Shown one piece after another: positions 50,088-63,731 of a stretch of DNA of 64,000 nt. Numbering within the stretch: position 1 is the first letter of the stretch; each line of letters starts with the position of its first letter. The notes beneath the pieces were generated by a model, which saw nothing but the letters and a program-made list of their open reading frames with translations, did no database searches and had not been told where the DNA came from. The DNA is from Octopus vulgaris. Taxonomy: Eukaryota. The DNA is taken from positions 142,538,001 to 142,602,000 of the forward strand of contig OX597816.1 in assembly GCA_951406725.2 (NCBI GenBank). Reading direction: 5' to 3'. The translations under genes were made by a program, and so were the position numbers.

Positions 50088-52663
50088 TTTGTTGAGGTGT
50101 ATTTTGCTCTACTGTCATGAACCCTCACCTGTTTCCAAATAAAGTAATATTTCTCCATGACCAGACATATTTTCACATAACATTATAAATGATGAACACT
50201 GCTTGTATGATGGTGACACTCATTTACAACTCTCTTGTGATGTCAAGGCATGAAAACAGTAACACACAAACATGCACACACACACATACACACACACACA
50301 CACACACGCATTTATATACAACAGGCTTCTTTCAGTTTCCATCAATCAAATCCACTCATAAGGCGTTGGTCAACCTGGGGTATTGTAGAAAACACTTGCT
50401 CAAAGTGCCACACAGTGGGACGGAACCCAGAAGCCTGTGGTTGGGAAGCAAATTTCTTACCATACAGACTGGTGAGACTAATGGAGAACTCAGAACTTAC
50501 TGAGGTGCTAAGTGTGGGTTTCTAAAACAATTTTGTTTGAGGGGAAAAAAATTGTCACATTGGAATATATTTTTATTGATTTAATTTCATTTGAAGCTAA
50601 TCTCTTTAACTAATTATGACATTTACAAACACCTGTTTATTTTTCTTTATCAAAATTTATAACTAATTGTTTAAAGTAATTACAATTGTGCTTAAAGCAG
50701 AAAGCCAAAGAAACTACCTAAAAGATATTTTAAAATTTGTTATAGAGGGAGTACTTATTTGGCAACTCTTTCTTTAAATGTTATGTTTCTATAATCTTGT
50801 ACATATTTCAATCATTGGACAGTAGTCATGCCTTGATGGGCTTAGTCAAATGAATTGACTCCAGTACTGATTTTAATTCTAATAGACACTTGTACCAAAC
50901 TGCTAGATTATGATGATATAAACAAAATAAACACTGGCTGTCAAGCAGTGGTGGGGACATACACAATCACAAACAAACATACATGCACACGTGTGCTTGT
51001 GTGTGGTGAGCTTCTCCGCAGTTTTCACTTAATAAATTCCCTCATTGGACACTAAACTCTGCTTGTGAAGACCTGTTGAGGCAAGTGAAATCGAAATCCA
51101 AATTGAAATCAAATTTGTTGACTGGCATCCGTGCTAGTGGAGCGCTCAGAGTACCATCCGAGCGTAATCATTGCCAGAGCAACAAACTGGCTTCTGTGCC
51201 GGTGGCACATAAAAAGCACTATTCAAGCATGATCATAACCTGCATCACCTTACTGGCGCCTGTGCTGGTGGCACGTGAAAAGAACATTCGAGCGAGGTCA
51301 TTGCCAGTGCTGCTGGACTGGCTCCTGTGCAGGTGGCACATAAAAATCACCATTTGAGCGTGGCCATTGCTAGTACTGCCTGACTGGCCCTTGTGCCAGT
51401 GGCACGTAAAAGCACCCACTACACTCTCAGAGTGGTTGGCATTAGGAAGGGCATCCAGCTGTAGAAACTCTGCCAGATCAGATTGGAGCCTGGTGCAGAC
51501 ATCTGGTTTGCCACACCTCAGTCAAATCATCCAACCCATGCTAGCATGGAAAGCAGACGTTAAACGACGATGATGATGATGATGACTCACAAGGCATTGG
51601 TTAGCCTGGTACAATAGGAGACACTGGCTCAAATGCCATACATTGGTACTGAACCAGACACAACATAGTTGCAAAATGAGCTTCTTAACTGCACAATTAT
51701 GCCTAGAATAAATATATTCTATAAATTTATAAGATTTACTCATATAAAAGTAATTTTGAAATGCAGCTTTATCAGATGGGAATTACCTTTATTGTGACCT
51801 TGCAACATACAAAGGCTCCCTAATTCTAACCTCACATAAACAGCTTTAGGTCAATATCCACAGAAAAAATGTGGCTAGGAAAGGATACAAATCCATAATA
51901 CTGCTCTAGATTGAAAAGTGTATGTGTGCGTGCGTGCGTGCGTGCATGTCTGTGAATGTGCATGAGTATGTTTCTGCATGGGTTTGTATGTTTGTGTCTG
52001 TATCTGTGTGTGTGATCTGAATGCTTAAAACAGAATGAAACTAGCAAGACCCACCACCATGCACTCCTACTTATAAGCTAAATGGATTAATCAGTTGAGA
52101 GAGTCCAATGTCTGGTCAATGGACACTGCAATGAAGTACAAACTGCTGACCTCTTGGTTAATAGGCCAAAACTCTACTGACTCAGTCAGCTCAGGCTTCC
52201 ACATCAATATACACTCTATCAATATATATATACAGCATGGTCTAAAAAGGCACACAATAAACACACATATGTATGCAAGCACACACACACATGTATACCA
52301 CATGTATGCACATTCATACACACACTCTCTCTTATATAAAGACACACACATTCACTTAGACATATAAACACACTTACACATACATTCACAGGTTAATATT
52401 TACATTTATTTAATATAAATGTAAATAGTAACATTAGAATTAAAATAAAGTAAATATTGATTTCAAATTTTGGCACAAGGCTCTAACAATTTATTTTGTA
52501 GGGTGGTGGTAAGTCAGTTATACTGACCAGCTGAACACTGGTACATATTTTGACTCTGAAAGGATGAAAAGCAAAATCAAGCTCAGCAGAATAATAAAAG
52601 TAAATAATAACATGTGAATCTATGTGTAAGAGTGTTTAGATATTATGTGTGTTTATATATTAA

Positions 52664-53110
52664 GACAGTGAGCTGGCTGAGTTGTTAGTGTGCTGGGCAA
52701 ATGCTTAGCAGCGTTTCACTTGCTTTATGTTCTGAGTTCAAATTTCACCGAGTTCGACTTTGCCTTTCATTCTTCTGGGAGTCAATAAAATAAGTACCAG
52801 TTAAATACTAGGGTTGAAGTAATCGACTTATCCCCCTCCCCCCAAAACTGCTGGCCTTGTGCCAAAATTTGAAATTAATGTTTTACATTTATTAAGGAAG
52901 CAAGCTGGCAGAATCATTAGCACACTGGACAAAATGCTTAGCTGCATTTCATCGATCTTAATATTCTGAGTTCAAGTTCCACCAAGGCTGACTTTGCCTT
53001 TCATCCTTTTGGGTTCAATAAAATAAGTACCAGTTGAGCACTGGGGTAGATGCGATCAAGTCACCCCCTCCTCTAGAACTTGCTGGCCTTGTGTCAACAT
53101 TCAAAACCAA
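52664..53110 (+). mobile_element. Two tandem copies of a short SINE-like repeat (inverted relative at ~52460-52590)
   Basis: GAGCTGGC.GA..GTTAG / TTCTGAGTTCAA / GACTTTGCCTTTCAT / AATAAAATAAGTACCAG repeated at ~52664-52880 and ~52895-53110. Confidence 0.7.
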
Positions 53111-53309
53111 TATTTACATTTATTGATATCCTTTGTGAGCACTTGATAAATTTTCATAAAGAAGAATCACAGTTGACTATTCAAAGATAGCATATTACTG
53201 GTACCAATAATATCAACCCTCTTGGCTGTAACAAAGGAGCTCAAGACTGACTGTCAACAGAAAACCTTGTATGACATCAATGGTCAAGTTTTCACAGCCA
53301 AATCAGTCA

Positions 53310-54040
53310 AATAATTATTGGAAAAGTTCCAAACATAGAAGTTGAGTTTAGAATCAAGAGGCCTAGAAGTAAACTGAGCAAAGACAAATGTCTTAATTCC
53401 CAAGAACTCTGCTGCCATCGAGGAAGTGACCATTCTTGATATACTGAGGTGTAAGTTGGAATTCTATACTGCACCATAGGGTCAACTATGGGTGCACAAA
53501 ATAGATAATGAGATCATAAGGCCAGGACCATCTTAGAAGCATTATAGGTTCCTGGACAAATCAGTGCTCTGATTTATTTATTAACAGCAAGCCACAGAAT
53601 ACATGGATCAGACCTGGTCCCTAAACTTGTGGTACTCTTAAACCTGTGGCACCCCTAAACCTATGATGCCCCTAGTGTGCCCATGCCTTTAGGCTGCACT
53701 GCATAAGGCAAGCTAGCAGAAAAAAGGAAAAAGTTTGTATGTAGCAGTTGTACAAGAATAATTAGCAATACGAGCAACTAGGAAAAGAAATTCTTTCAAA
53801 TGCTCAGAAGGCTCTTGAGAAGCAGTTGACAACTTCCATTACTTAGGTGATCTAAGCAACTGTGGAGGTGGGTACTTTGAAAGCAAAATATACATAGAAA
53901 TAATAGACTTAAAAAAAATAATTAGAAAGGTATTATCTGTGCTGGTAACAAAGGGATTCTCTCTCCAAGTAATGAGGAGATTGTATAATGCTTATGTGTG
54001 TACAGAGATGATATTGTAAGATACTGAAACATGAGTATTC
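53310..54040 (+). mobile_element. Decayed RTE LINE fragment, interrupted at ~53520-53700
   Basis: LESRGLEVN..KT, VDNFHYLGD, LVTKGFSLQVMRRLYNA remnants. Confidence 0.6.
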
Positions 54041-54290
54041 TTTCTGGAAGAAATTGGTTGTGGTAAGACCTGTAGAGGAATGGGTTTTGTAAGGTCTAAA
54101 AGAAAATATTCGAAACATGCTGTACATTATGATGGCATTCTTAAGTTTCCATCAGACCATGTCATGGTATGGTATTTTTATATCCATTTCATTTCTATGT
54201 TTCCGAGGTTTGGCTGAGTCTGCACATAAAAATATATTTTACAAAATTGTTCATTATTTTTCTATGGCTTGTTTTTGCCTGTAAAAAGGA

Positions 54291-54376
<86 letters not shown>

Positions 54377-54979
54377 CACACACATTAGAATTTTAAGTAA
54401 TGAGATTGAAATTTTCTAGTAAACTTGATATTTTAAACCATTTTTATATTTTAAAATATATATTCTATTAAGTTTACTTATTAAATTTCCTATTTATTGT
54501 TAATCATTAGTTTTACTTAAATCTTATATATGGTTAATCACATCCAATTAATGTGCAACATATTCATGGTCTAATCTAAAAAGAAAAAATTCTTTTATTC
54601 ATATTTATTCTTCTTGATTTCTTTAGATTATTGATACAGATTATCATCATGGTGTTATGTTGATGATGATGATGATGATGACAATGATGGTAACAATGAT
54701 TATGATAGAAATGTAGGTGTTGATGATGTTAGTGTCTGCTTTTCTATGCTGGAATATGGTAGATAGGTACAGCATATTGCTATTCATCACAACCCTTTGC
54801 TGCCAATTCCTCTGTGAGGTTTAACATCTTAAGAACTGATATCACATCTTCCAATATTACTCTTTGCCTTTCTCTGCTAGGAGTACCCCACCCCTATCCC
54901 TGCTAGCATTTTGCACTCTTTGACTTCTTATGTACGATCCATTCATATAACCTGCCCTTACTAATGCAGCACGTACTAA

Positions 54980-55192
54980 CCCTTTCGTTACTGTATTTAT
55001 TTTGAGATGCTCTGTTTCTCTCAATTACTTTAAATATAACCAAGAATTTAGTAAAATAGTTATCATTCAACTAGTGTTTGGAACATAAATTGTGACTAAG
55101 GCTTGGTGGAATATTTTAATTCAAAACTTATGGAAACACGACATTTGTACTCAGAGCCAGAGCTGGTTTCAGCCGGGTTGGTAATGAAAGAG
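54980..55192. mobile_element. piggyBac-like MITE
   Basis: CTAA|CCCTTTCGTTAC ... GTAATGAAAGAG|TTAA. Confidence 0.65.
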
Positions 55193-56834
55193 TTAAGTGA
55201 TATATTTAAAATCCCAGCCACTCACTTAGCCCACTTTCATTCAGTATTTCATACCAGTTAATGCTGAAAATCAACAGGTCATCTTCAGTTTTTCTTTTCT
55301 TCAGTAGATCTTCCACAGTGTCCCTGTTCAAGCAATATAAAATTCTTTACATATGCTTCATACAGTTCATTTCTGCATGTTTTTTTTTTATATGGGAAGC
55401 GCCCATTATGTTTTGTAGGTTCTTCCAAACTGGTGAGATTTATGGTCGAACATCTGTAGGTTAATTTCTAAGGCATTCTACCTGAAAAAGATATATAATT
55501 CATCTGCCTTTCACTATGAAACATGCTTTAACAAACCTGTGCTGGTGGTGAGGAAACATTCCCTACTTATTCTTTCAAGCTAGTGTCTTTTGATTTGATT
55601 TTAAGGGCTGTTAATGTTGTTTAATTTTGGATCAGTTCTGATGGAGTAGATCAACGATGAAAGATATTTCACCTATAATCATACTGTCTGTTATTCAGAT
55701 ACAGAGTCAGTGTCTAAAATCTTGCTGGCTTTCCAAAACAGGTAAAATTTTTATGGCTGATGCCGAATCTAAACATTTGTAAGTTAACATGGATGTCTGA
55801 ATACCTGCAACAGAGTAATCTTTGATAACCAGGATTGAAGGACCAGTTGAAGGTGCTAAACCAAGCAGTGTGTTTGGTTGGGTGAGATAATAAGTCTTTG
55901 AACATTTTAAAGACAGAAATAAAAAATACGAATTTGGGATGATCATACCTTTCCAATCATGCATCATAGTATCTAGTAACTAAAGTTATTGAAATTATTG
56001 ATAACAAGTACCTTCATAAATATTTGTGAAAAAAATAATACACCTGCCTAATTACACTCTTTAGAAGCAAGCCAAGTGCTATAGTCTGTTTTAATGGTGG
56101 CCAATGATTACACATTGACATAGACTATACATTCAATAAGAAGCAAACAATCAATTGTCTCAGCTTGCTTCTACTGGACTGTGATTGTTAAATAAGACAC
56201 GCATAATCAAGTGGTTACAGAAATTCCTCTAACCATTAATTATACATTACCATATGCAATTTATTATTCTATGTATTCTTAACATTTTTTTAACCTTTGT
56301 CTCTCACTTTCTTTTTAATCCTGGAGACATTCATTAATATGGAAATTCTATTCTAATATTATACTTTACAATAGGGTAGTATTGTTGGGTGCAGGAATGG
56401 CTGCTTGGTTAAGACAGTTACTTTGTGACTATGTGGTTTTGAGTTCAAAACTATTGTATGGAACATTAGACAAGTATCTTCTACTACAGCTTCAGGTTAG
56501 TCAAAAGTAATGATGGAATGCACTTTATTGCAAGCATTTGGGTCAGATTTTTAGTCAGAGGATAACCTCCCTCTTTCTTCTTGCAAATCTTGGAAGCCCA
56601 GAAAAAGGGCATAGGCATAGTCCTTTCTCCTTTAACTAATCATTAAAAAAGGGACCAACCTACATGTCTTCAGTATTTGGTTTACACCTCCAAGTTTCAA
56701 GTTCAGTCCCTGCTTGAGTCAGACTTTAACTTTCATTCCTTTTAGATTAATAATATGTTCCAAAAATTACCAGCAATATGCTGGGATGTGGCAGTGGAGT
56801 GATGGAAATGGCAGAGTTCAAATTAACTGTTATA

Positions 56835-57400
56835 TTGGGTTGTCCAGAAAGTTCATGCCGATTTATAGTAGCTTACCTTTCGACTTATTTTAGAACATGG
56901 TTGAGTCCATAAAATAGCATTTGACTACACCTCCATTTAGAGCACAGTTTAAGCTATCTATTCATGGAAGAAGGTTTATGTTCTTATAACCTGTGTTAAT
57001 TCTGAAACCCTTTAAAATGGAAGATAAGAAAGTTCATTTTCGGTACTTGATACTTTGGGAAGCAGACAAAAATTGCTGCAGCTCAGCTGGAATGTGTTAC
57101 CCCACCCTCCATATACACCAGATATCGCTCTTTCGGATTTCCACTTATTCAGGTCTCTGCAGAATAGACTTAATGGTAAAAATTTCAATTCCTTGGATGA
57201 CGTAAAAAGATACTTTGATGAATTCTTTGCCATGAAACCACCTCAATTCTGGGAAGAGGGTATTTTCAAGTTAAAGGAAAGATGGAGATGCATTGTGTAA
57301 CAAAATGGTTCATATTTGGTTGATTAAAAATGTAATGGCAAGTATTTATTGACCTTTTTCTTTCCTTTAAAAACCAGCTTGAACTTTCCAGACAACCCAA
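56835..57400 (+). mobile_element. Internally deleted mariner element
   Basis: TIRs TTGGGTTGTCCAGAAAGTTCA / TGAACTTTCCAGACAACCCAA; N-terminus MEDKKVHFRY joined to C-terminal LPHPPYTPDIALSDFHLF..L.ERW. Confidence 0.9.
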
Positions 57401-58629
57401 CACATTAGTTTAGTCCTACTATGTTTTGTGTTCAAATTCTGTTTGGAGGCTCGACTTCAAATCTTCTATAAAGTGTGTACAAAAGTATCATGCATTGGGA
57501 TCAGAATCAACTAAATATATTTCTGTTCTACAGATTTTTGGTCTCATGCCAATGTGTAGAATCAATAACATATTAATATTTTTCTAGATCACAAAATCCA
57601 TGGTACTAGTGCTTATCCCCAGTTTTTGTTACATTAAGTAGACAAGAGAGAATTTTCCCCAAGATTAGATATCTGTCTATTGCATGTAGCTTTCTCACCA
57701 GCAGAATTGAATTTGAGATGGGAAGCTAAATAATCCTATTGTCAATTCCACATTGCTACCTGCCACTTAGAACTTGATGGGATCAGCAGCTGTGAGTTCA
57801 GTGTTTTGACTATGGACATAAACAGTAACAGTAAGATGAAGTAGTTAGTTTCCCTGCACCCCATTGACTAATCTGTCCATACTTTCTATATTATATTAAA
57901 GTCCATTAAATTCACAATAATTACCCTCCACAGATCACTAGAAAAATTGACCTTTATGCTTATATAAGTTATCAACTTTGAAGTTTCACGAAGAAATTAG
58001 ATCTATTTTCCTCTTCTTCAAGATAAAATGCCCAAGAGAACAAAAATCTTAGAACAATAGTTTTAAATATGTTAATCAAGAAGGAATTAAAACTGAAATG
58101 TAAAGAAAATTATCATACATAATGTATGTGAGAGACAGTAAAAAGAAAATTTATGAATACAGTTTTTTCCCAATGACAATTTCTGTTAAACATTGTTATA
58201 TTCTAGTCCAAGTACATATATAAAAGTAAAAATATTGTTCTCTGAAGATTATTGAGAAATAATTTGATTTCAAACATTACGAAAAAATTTTTTTCTTTTA
58301 AAAAAAAGGTAAGAAATTATGAGTAGGATATAACAGTTTATTAAATCAATTCTTGTATATTTCAAAGAAGAGAAAACTCAGATATTTTGGCATGGTCATT
58401 TTTTGTTTTTGTTTTTGCCAAATGAGCACACACACTGTATATTTGTTCTTCACTCGTTTATTAACTGTTCTTATGTTGTTTTTTTTTATATTTTAATTCA
58501 TGTCCATTGTCTGGAAAAAATGTCACTGAAGAGGTTTCAGATGTGTGACAAAAGATTTCTGGGCAATGGACATGAGTTAAAATAAAAAAAATTAAGAACA
58601 ATAATAAACGAGTGAAGAACAAATATATA

Positions 58630-59377
58630 TTAGGTTGGCAACTAAGTTTTTGCCGTTTTTTAAAATTTTGGAATTTATTCATCATCATCATCATCATCGT
58701 TTAACATCTGCTTTCCATGCTAGCATGGGTTGGATGGTTCAACTGGGGTCTGGGAAGCCAGAAGGCTGTACCAGGCCCTGTCTGATCTGACAGTGTTTCT
58801 ACGGCTGGTTGCCCTTCCTAACGCCAACCACTCTGTGAGTGTAGTGGGTGCTTTTTACATGCCAGGTGAGGTTGGCAATGGCCACGATCGGATGGTGCTT
58901 TTTACGTGCCACTGGCACAGAGGCCAGTCGGGGCAGCGCTGGCAACGGCCACGTTTGGATGGTTCTCTTACGTGCCAATGGCACTGGTATCACAGCTACA
59001 ATTTCCATTGATGTTGGTTGATTTCGATTGTGTTTTTAAATTTTGGCTGGGAAGTGCCGCCACACCCACCATACTCTCCTGATTTGGCACCAATGAATTT
59101 CCACCTCTTTTGATCTCTTTCAAATGCTATGCATGGAGTTTCGTTCAATACTGATGCAAAATTGAGAGCTTGGTTGGATCAATTTTTCAAGTCGAAATCG
59201 GGTGATTTCTACCAACAAGGTATTGAAAATCTTGTTGAATGTTGGGAAGAAGTTGTAAATAATAAGGGTGAATACATTATTGATTAATTAGTTGTTATTT
59301 TTTATGAAACATTTTTATTAAACATTTAAAAAAAATTTTAATTTTAAAAAACGGCGGGAACTTAGTTGCCAACCCAA
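58630..59377 (+). mobile_element. Deleted mariner element (second family) with nested SINE
   Basis: TA|TTAGGTTGGCAACTAAGTT ... AACTTAGTTGCCAACCCAA|TA; GWEVPPHPPYSPDLAP..FHLF. Confidence 0.88.
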
Positions 59378-61123
59378 TAGTATGTGTGTTTATTTGGCAA
59401 AAAAAACAAAGAATAACCATCCTGAAATGCAACAATATCTGCTTCAATACATGGTTTCACATCAGGAATCTTACAATACAAATTTTTTAAAAATCAGATG
59501 TCTTCTTAAATGTGAGTACTTAGTTCTAGATTCAGGGATTAAAGTAGATGAGGACACTAGAATGTTATCAATGATAATTCTATATAATTTGGTAGATATT
59601 CCTGACAGATATCCAAACTAGGCAATATAGACAGTATAAAAACTAGACTAACCAACAATCAAACTCTTATTTTGATTGCTTGATCTGCTAGAAATAACAA
59701 TCAAACCTTCTGCAAATCACACACAATCAGGAAAAAAGACATATTGGATAATGTAGTAATGTAGTTTTGAGACTGTTCCTGAAGTAAAGATGAGATAATG
59801 ATGTCTTTATTATCTTTGATCATAGGTGTGTTTGATCAGAGTAGACATGAGACTAAGAACTAACAGTTACACAAGTTAGAAGAAAGTAAAGCAACCAATA
59901 CTTTGCCACTCAGGTAATTTGCCTCTAACTTTAGTACAATTCTGGTACTCATTTAATCAAACCTGGAATTTTTTTTTTAAAGAAGGAAAATAAAAAAGGG
60001 GAAAAAATGCAAATTTGTCTTTAGAGGATTCTGAACTCAGAATGTGGAAAAATGAAACAAAATACTGAAAGCATTTAGTCTACCATGCTAAATTTTCTGT
60101 CATTCCACTGACCTCTGTTTATTGGAAAAGATATTGATTGAAATACAGAGTATGTAGTAGCAAAAACATTGAAGTTAATATTACAATCAATGCATGCTAC
60201 TTTAGTAATAACTCATCTCAGAAACAGAGACAAGTAGTTGTAAGATGGTAGAAAAACTAGCATTATATATCTGCTTACAAGGAGCTATATAAGACAATGG
60301 AAAACTGACATACATTCAGTTGTTAATTCTGTTGCTTAAGAAAAGAATTAAATCTATTCCTAATCTTCCTTCTTAGTAGTCTGTAAGAAAGGATTAATAT
60401 GTACTATAATATCAGATTATACTCTTTGGTAATTAGATAATATTTGTCGCATCTTTAAATAAGCAACAAAAACAAAAGGCAAACTGCTTTTTTACTTGAT
60501 ATAATCTTTAGAAAAGTCAAAGTTTGGACTTGCATTTTGGTGAGATGGAGTTGTAAAAAAGGAGGTTTAGAGTCACATTCTCTCTCTCTCTCCTCCTCTC
60601 TCTCTTTGTATATCCCTTACTCTCCCTTAGCTCTGATACATGTTTTTTCTTGTTAGCAAATGTCATTTATTAATTTTTATTTTGTGTTAGATGTTAGCAA
60701 TACTATTGTCCACATATTAGGACAATGGATTGGAAGAAGTGGTAGACAAAATACCTTGTGGTATTTTCTTATATCCCTTTGCATTTTCAGTTTAAATTTT
60801 GCTTCAGTTGACTTAGCTTTTCATTCTTGCAGGGTTGAAAAAATAAGTATCTCTGAAATACTCGGGTCAACATAATCGATTGTTTCTGGTCTCATGTCAT
60901 ATAAGATATTATTATTATGGTTTGGCTCAGGTTTGGTCTTATTCTTGGTAGGATTTATATGGGTAGCAGATTATTACCTGTAACCTTCGGTATCCACATG
61001 TTGTCAGCTGTCTTTCAAGTGCTTAAACCCTCCTGATAATCCTTGCTCTCCCTATTATTATTATAATTATCATCATTATTATTATTGTTATTATTATCAT
61101 CATTATTATCATCATTATTATTA

Positions 61124-61370
61124 TTTAATGCCTTGCCAAAACATCTGAAGGATCTCCATGGAGTGGGGTAGATGTTTTCAAGAAACAACTTGACCTCTTG
61201 CTGTCCAAGATCCCAGATGAACCAATTTCAAGACAGGAAACTCAAAAGAGGGCAGCAGTGTTGAACTCCTTTCTTTATCAACAGCAAATCACATAGAATT
61301 GGCCAATTAAAAAGTGATTACACTGGTGGTCTCCCAGCATGGCCATAGCCTTAGGGCTGAAACACATAAC
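61124..61370 (+). mobile_element. CR1-group LINE extreme 3' end
   Basis: FNALPKHLKDLHGVGVDVFKKQLDLLLSKIPDEP aligns with LFNSIP..RNL.GCSVESFK.QLD..LS.I.DEP of the 43678 LINE. Confidence 0.75.
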
Positions 61371-62390
61371 AGAATATATATCTATATAGAGCTTGAAGTG
61401 AAGTACAGATATTTATAGTGAGAGAGAGAGTTTGAAGTGAAGTACAGATATTTATAAATTAAGGAAAGAGAGGTAGTCAGAATTTTGGATAATTATTCAT
61501 TTAGCATATTTAGCTCTTCTAAGAGATACATCATGAATGACTTTTTTTCAGAGAAAGTTTATTCCTTTTATATTTGAGTTACATGAAAAAAATCTGGAAT
61601 AGGAAAGGGGATGTTCTTTCTTATTTTCACTGTGTGTGTGTGTGTGTTTGTGCATACGTGTGTGTGTGTTTGTGCATACGTGTGTGTGTGTGTGTGTGTG
61701 TGTATGTGGTGAATTTTTGGAGGCTTGGTTAGAGGGAGAAAAAAGGAAAAAGGAAAGACAGGAAGAAAGGAAGAAGGACAGGGAGAAAGAAAGAAAGAAA
61801 GTGAGAAAGAAAGAAAGGGGCCTTTTCCTGAAATGCTTGAAATTAATGGCAGTTCAAGAGTTCAATTTTCTTTTAGTCATTGTAATTTTTTTGTCATGTT
61901 ATCCAGCCATAAAACACAGTCTATCAACATCATTTTGGAAGGTTTTTAAATGTGCATGTGTGCATGTGTGCATGTGTGTTTAAGCTTATTTGTGTGGGAG
62001 AGTGTGTGTGTTATGTTGGTTGCTTAAGTGAATTTTTCCAGTTATTTTAGTAACAAGCAACGAGGATATTTTAATAAGGATTTTTTGTGTGTTCATAAAT
62101 GTATTTTTTTCTTTTTTATATGTTTAGTTTAAGTATAAAAACAGAAACAAATGTATTTACAAACATGAAAAATCCTTATTAAAATGTTCTTGCTGTTACT
62201 AAAATAACTGGAAAAATTCACTTAAGCAACTAACACACAACGCATATACTCTCTTTCTCTCATGCACATATGCTTAAACACATGCACACACACACACACA
62301 TGCTTAAAATCCTTCCAACACAGTTTTGGTAAAGTCTATTTTGTATGGCTGAATAACATTGACAAAAAAATACGACTAAAAGAAAATTGA

Positions 62391-63731
62391 GATAAAACTT
62401 ACTTGGAAAAGGATGCGTTGCATTTGATCATATAATAATATAAATAATATATAAATATACACATATATACATATATGTGCATACCTACATATATATGTAT
62501 ATATACATGCATATATGGGTACAGGACATCAAAAAACGTGGACAAAATGAGAAATGAGAACATAAAAAACAAAAATATAGAAAACAAACTTTTTTCGAAC
62601 AATGAAAAAAAACCCCATAGAAATGAGATGTGCAACATAAAGAACATTCCCTTCATCAGTTGTCCCGTTTTATCTACTCCACGTTTCGAAGGTAAAGACA
62701 AGACGTGTCTTCATTAAAACAGTCTTTCCCGCAAAACAAATTAAATAAAATTTGAGATTTTTTGCAGAGGGTGAAAGTGATAACAAAAACAGGACAGTGA
62801 GAACAAAACAGTAAAACAAACGGTGAGGGTTATTAAGCCAAGACGATGTGAAGTGGTGAACACTGGAAAAACAAGCTTTGAGAAGAGACAGATAAAAGCA
62901 CGTCTTGCCTTTATGAAGGAAGTGGAAGAAAGAAAGATGTATAGCCGTTAGTCACGTGAGAGCGAGAGAGTCAAGGAGGAAGAGTGAGAGAGAGAGGGAA
63001 CGGTGAAGGGGAGAGGATAAGAATAGGGAAAGGATGTGAGAGAAAAACAGAAATGAAGAAGAACAAGAGAGGGAGATAGATAGACAGAAAAGAGATCTAT
63101 CTATCTCCCTCTCTTATTCTTCTTCATTTCTTCATTTCTCTCCCATCCTTTTTCTATTCTTCTCCTCTCCCCTTCACTGTTCCCTCTCTCTCGCTCACTC
63201 TTCTTCCTTGACTCTATCACTCACACGTGACTAACGGCCATCCATTTTTCTTTCTTCCACTTCCTTCCTAAAGATAAGATGTGTTTTTATCTGTCTCTTC
63301 TCAAAGCTTGTTTTTCCAGTGTTCACCACTTCACATCGTCTTGACTTAACAGCCCTCACCATTTGTTTTTACTGTTTTGTTCTCACTGTCCTCTTTTTGT
63401 TACCACTTTCACCTTCCGCAAAAAAGCCAAAATTTTATTTAATTTGCTTTGCGGGAAGGACTGTTTTAATGAAGATGCGTCTTGTCCTTCAAAACACGGA
63501 GTAGATAAAACAGGGAACAACTGATGAAGAGAATGTTCTTTATGTTGCATGTCTCATTTCTGTGATATTTCGTTGTTCAAAAAAAATTCGTTTTCAATGT
63601 TTTTGCTTTTTATGTTCTTGTTTCTCATTTTGTCCACATTTTTTGATGTTCTGTACCCATATATGCATGTATATATACATAGATATGTAGGTATGTACAT
63701 ATATGTATGTATATATGCGTACATTTATATG
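62391..63731. mobile_element. 1.34-kb palindromic element with 14-bp TSD
   Basis: Arms ~62450-63084 / 63096-63730, 11-bp loop; TAAAAGAAAATTGA at 62377-62390 and 63732-63745. Confidence 0.8.

Noticed and set aside
51100-51420. Repeat-spacer-like array resembling CRISPR
   Set aside because: Degenerate units inside a eukaryotic SINE; no unique spacers or cas genes
55225-55482. Exon-like segment on minus strand (ttttcag acceptor, gtgagt donor); similar signals at 28125 (+) and 49566 (-)
   Set aside because: Stops in all three frames right after the acceptor; the 49566 site is inside a hAT element; unsupported without transcripts
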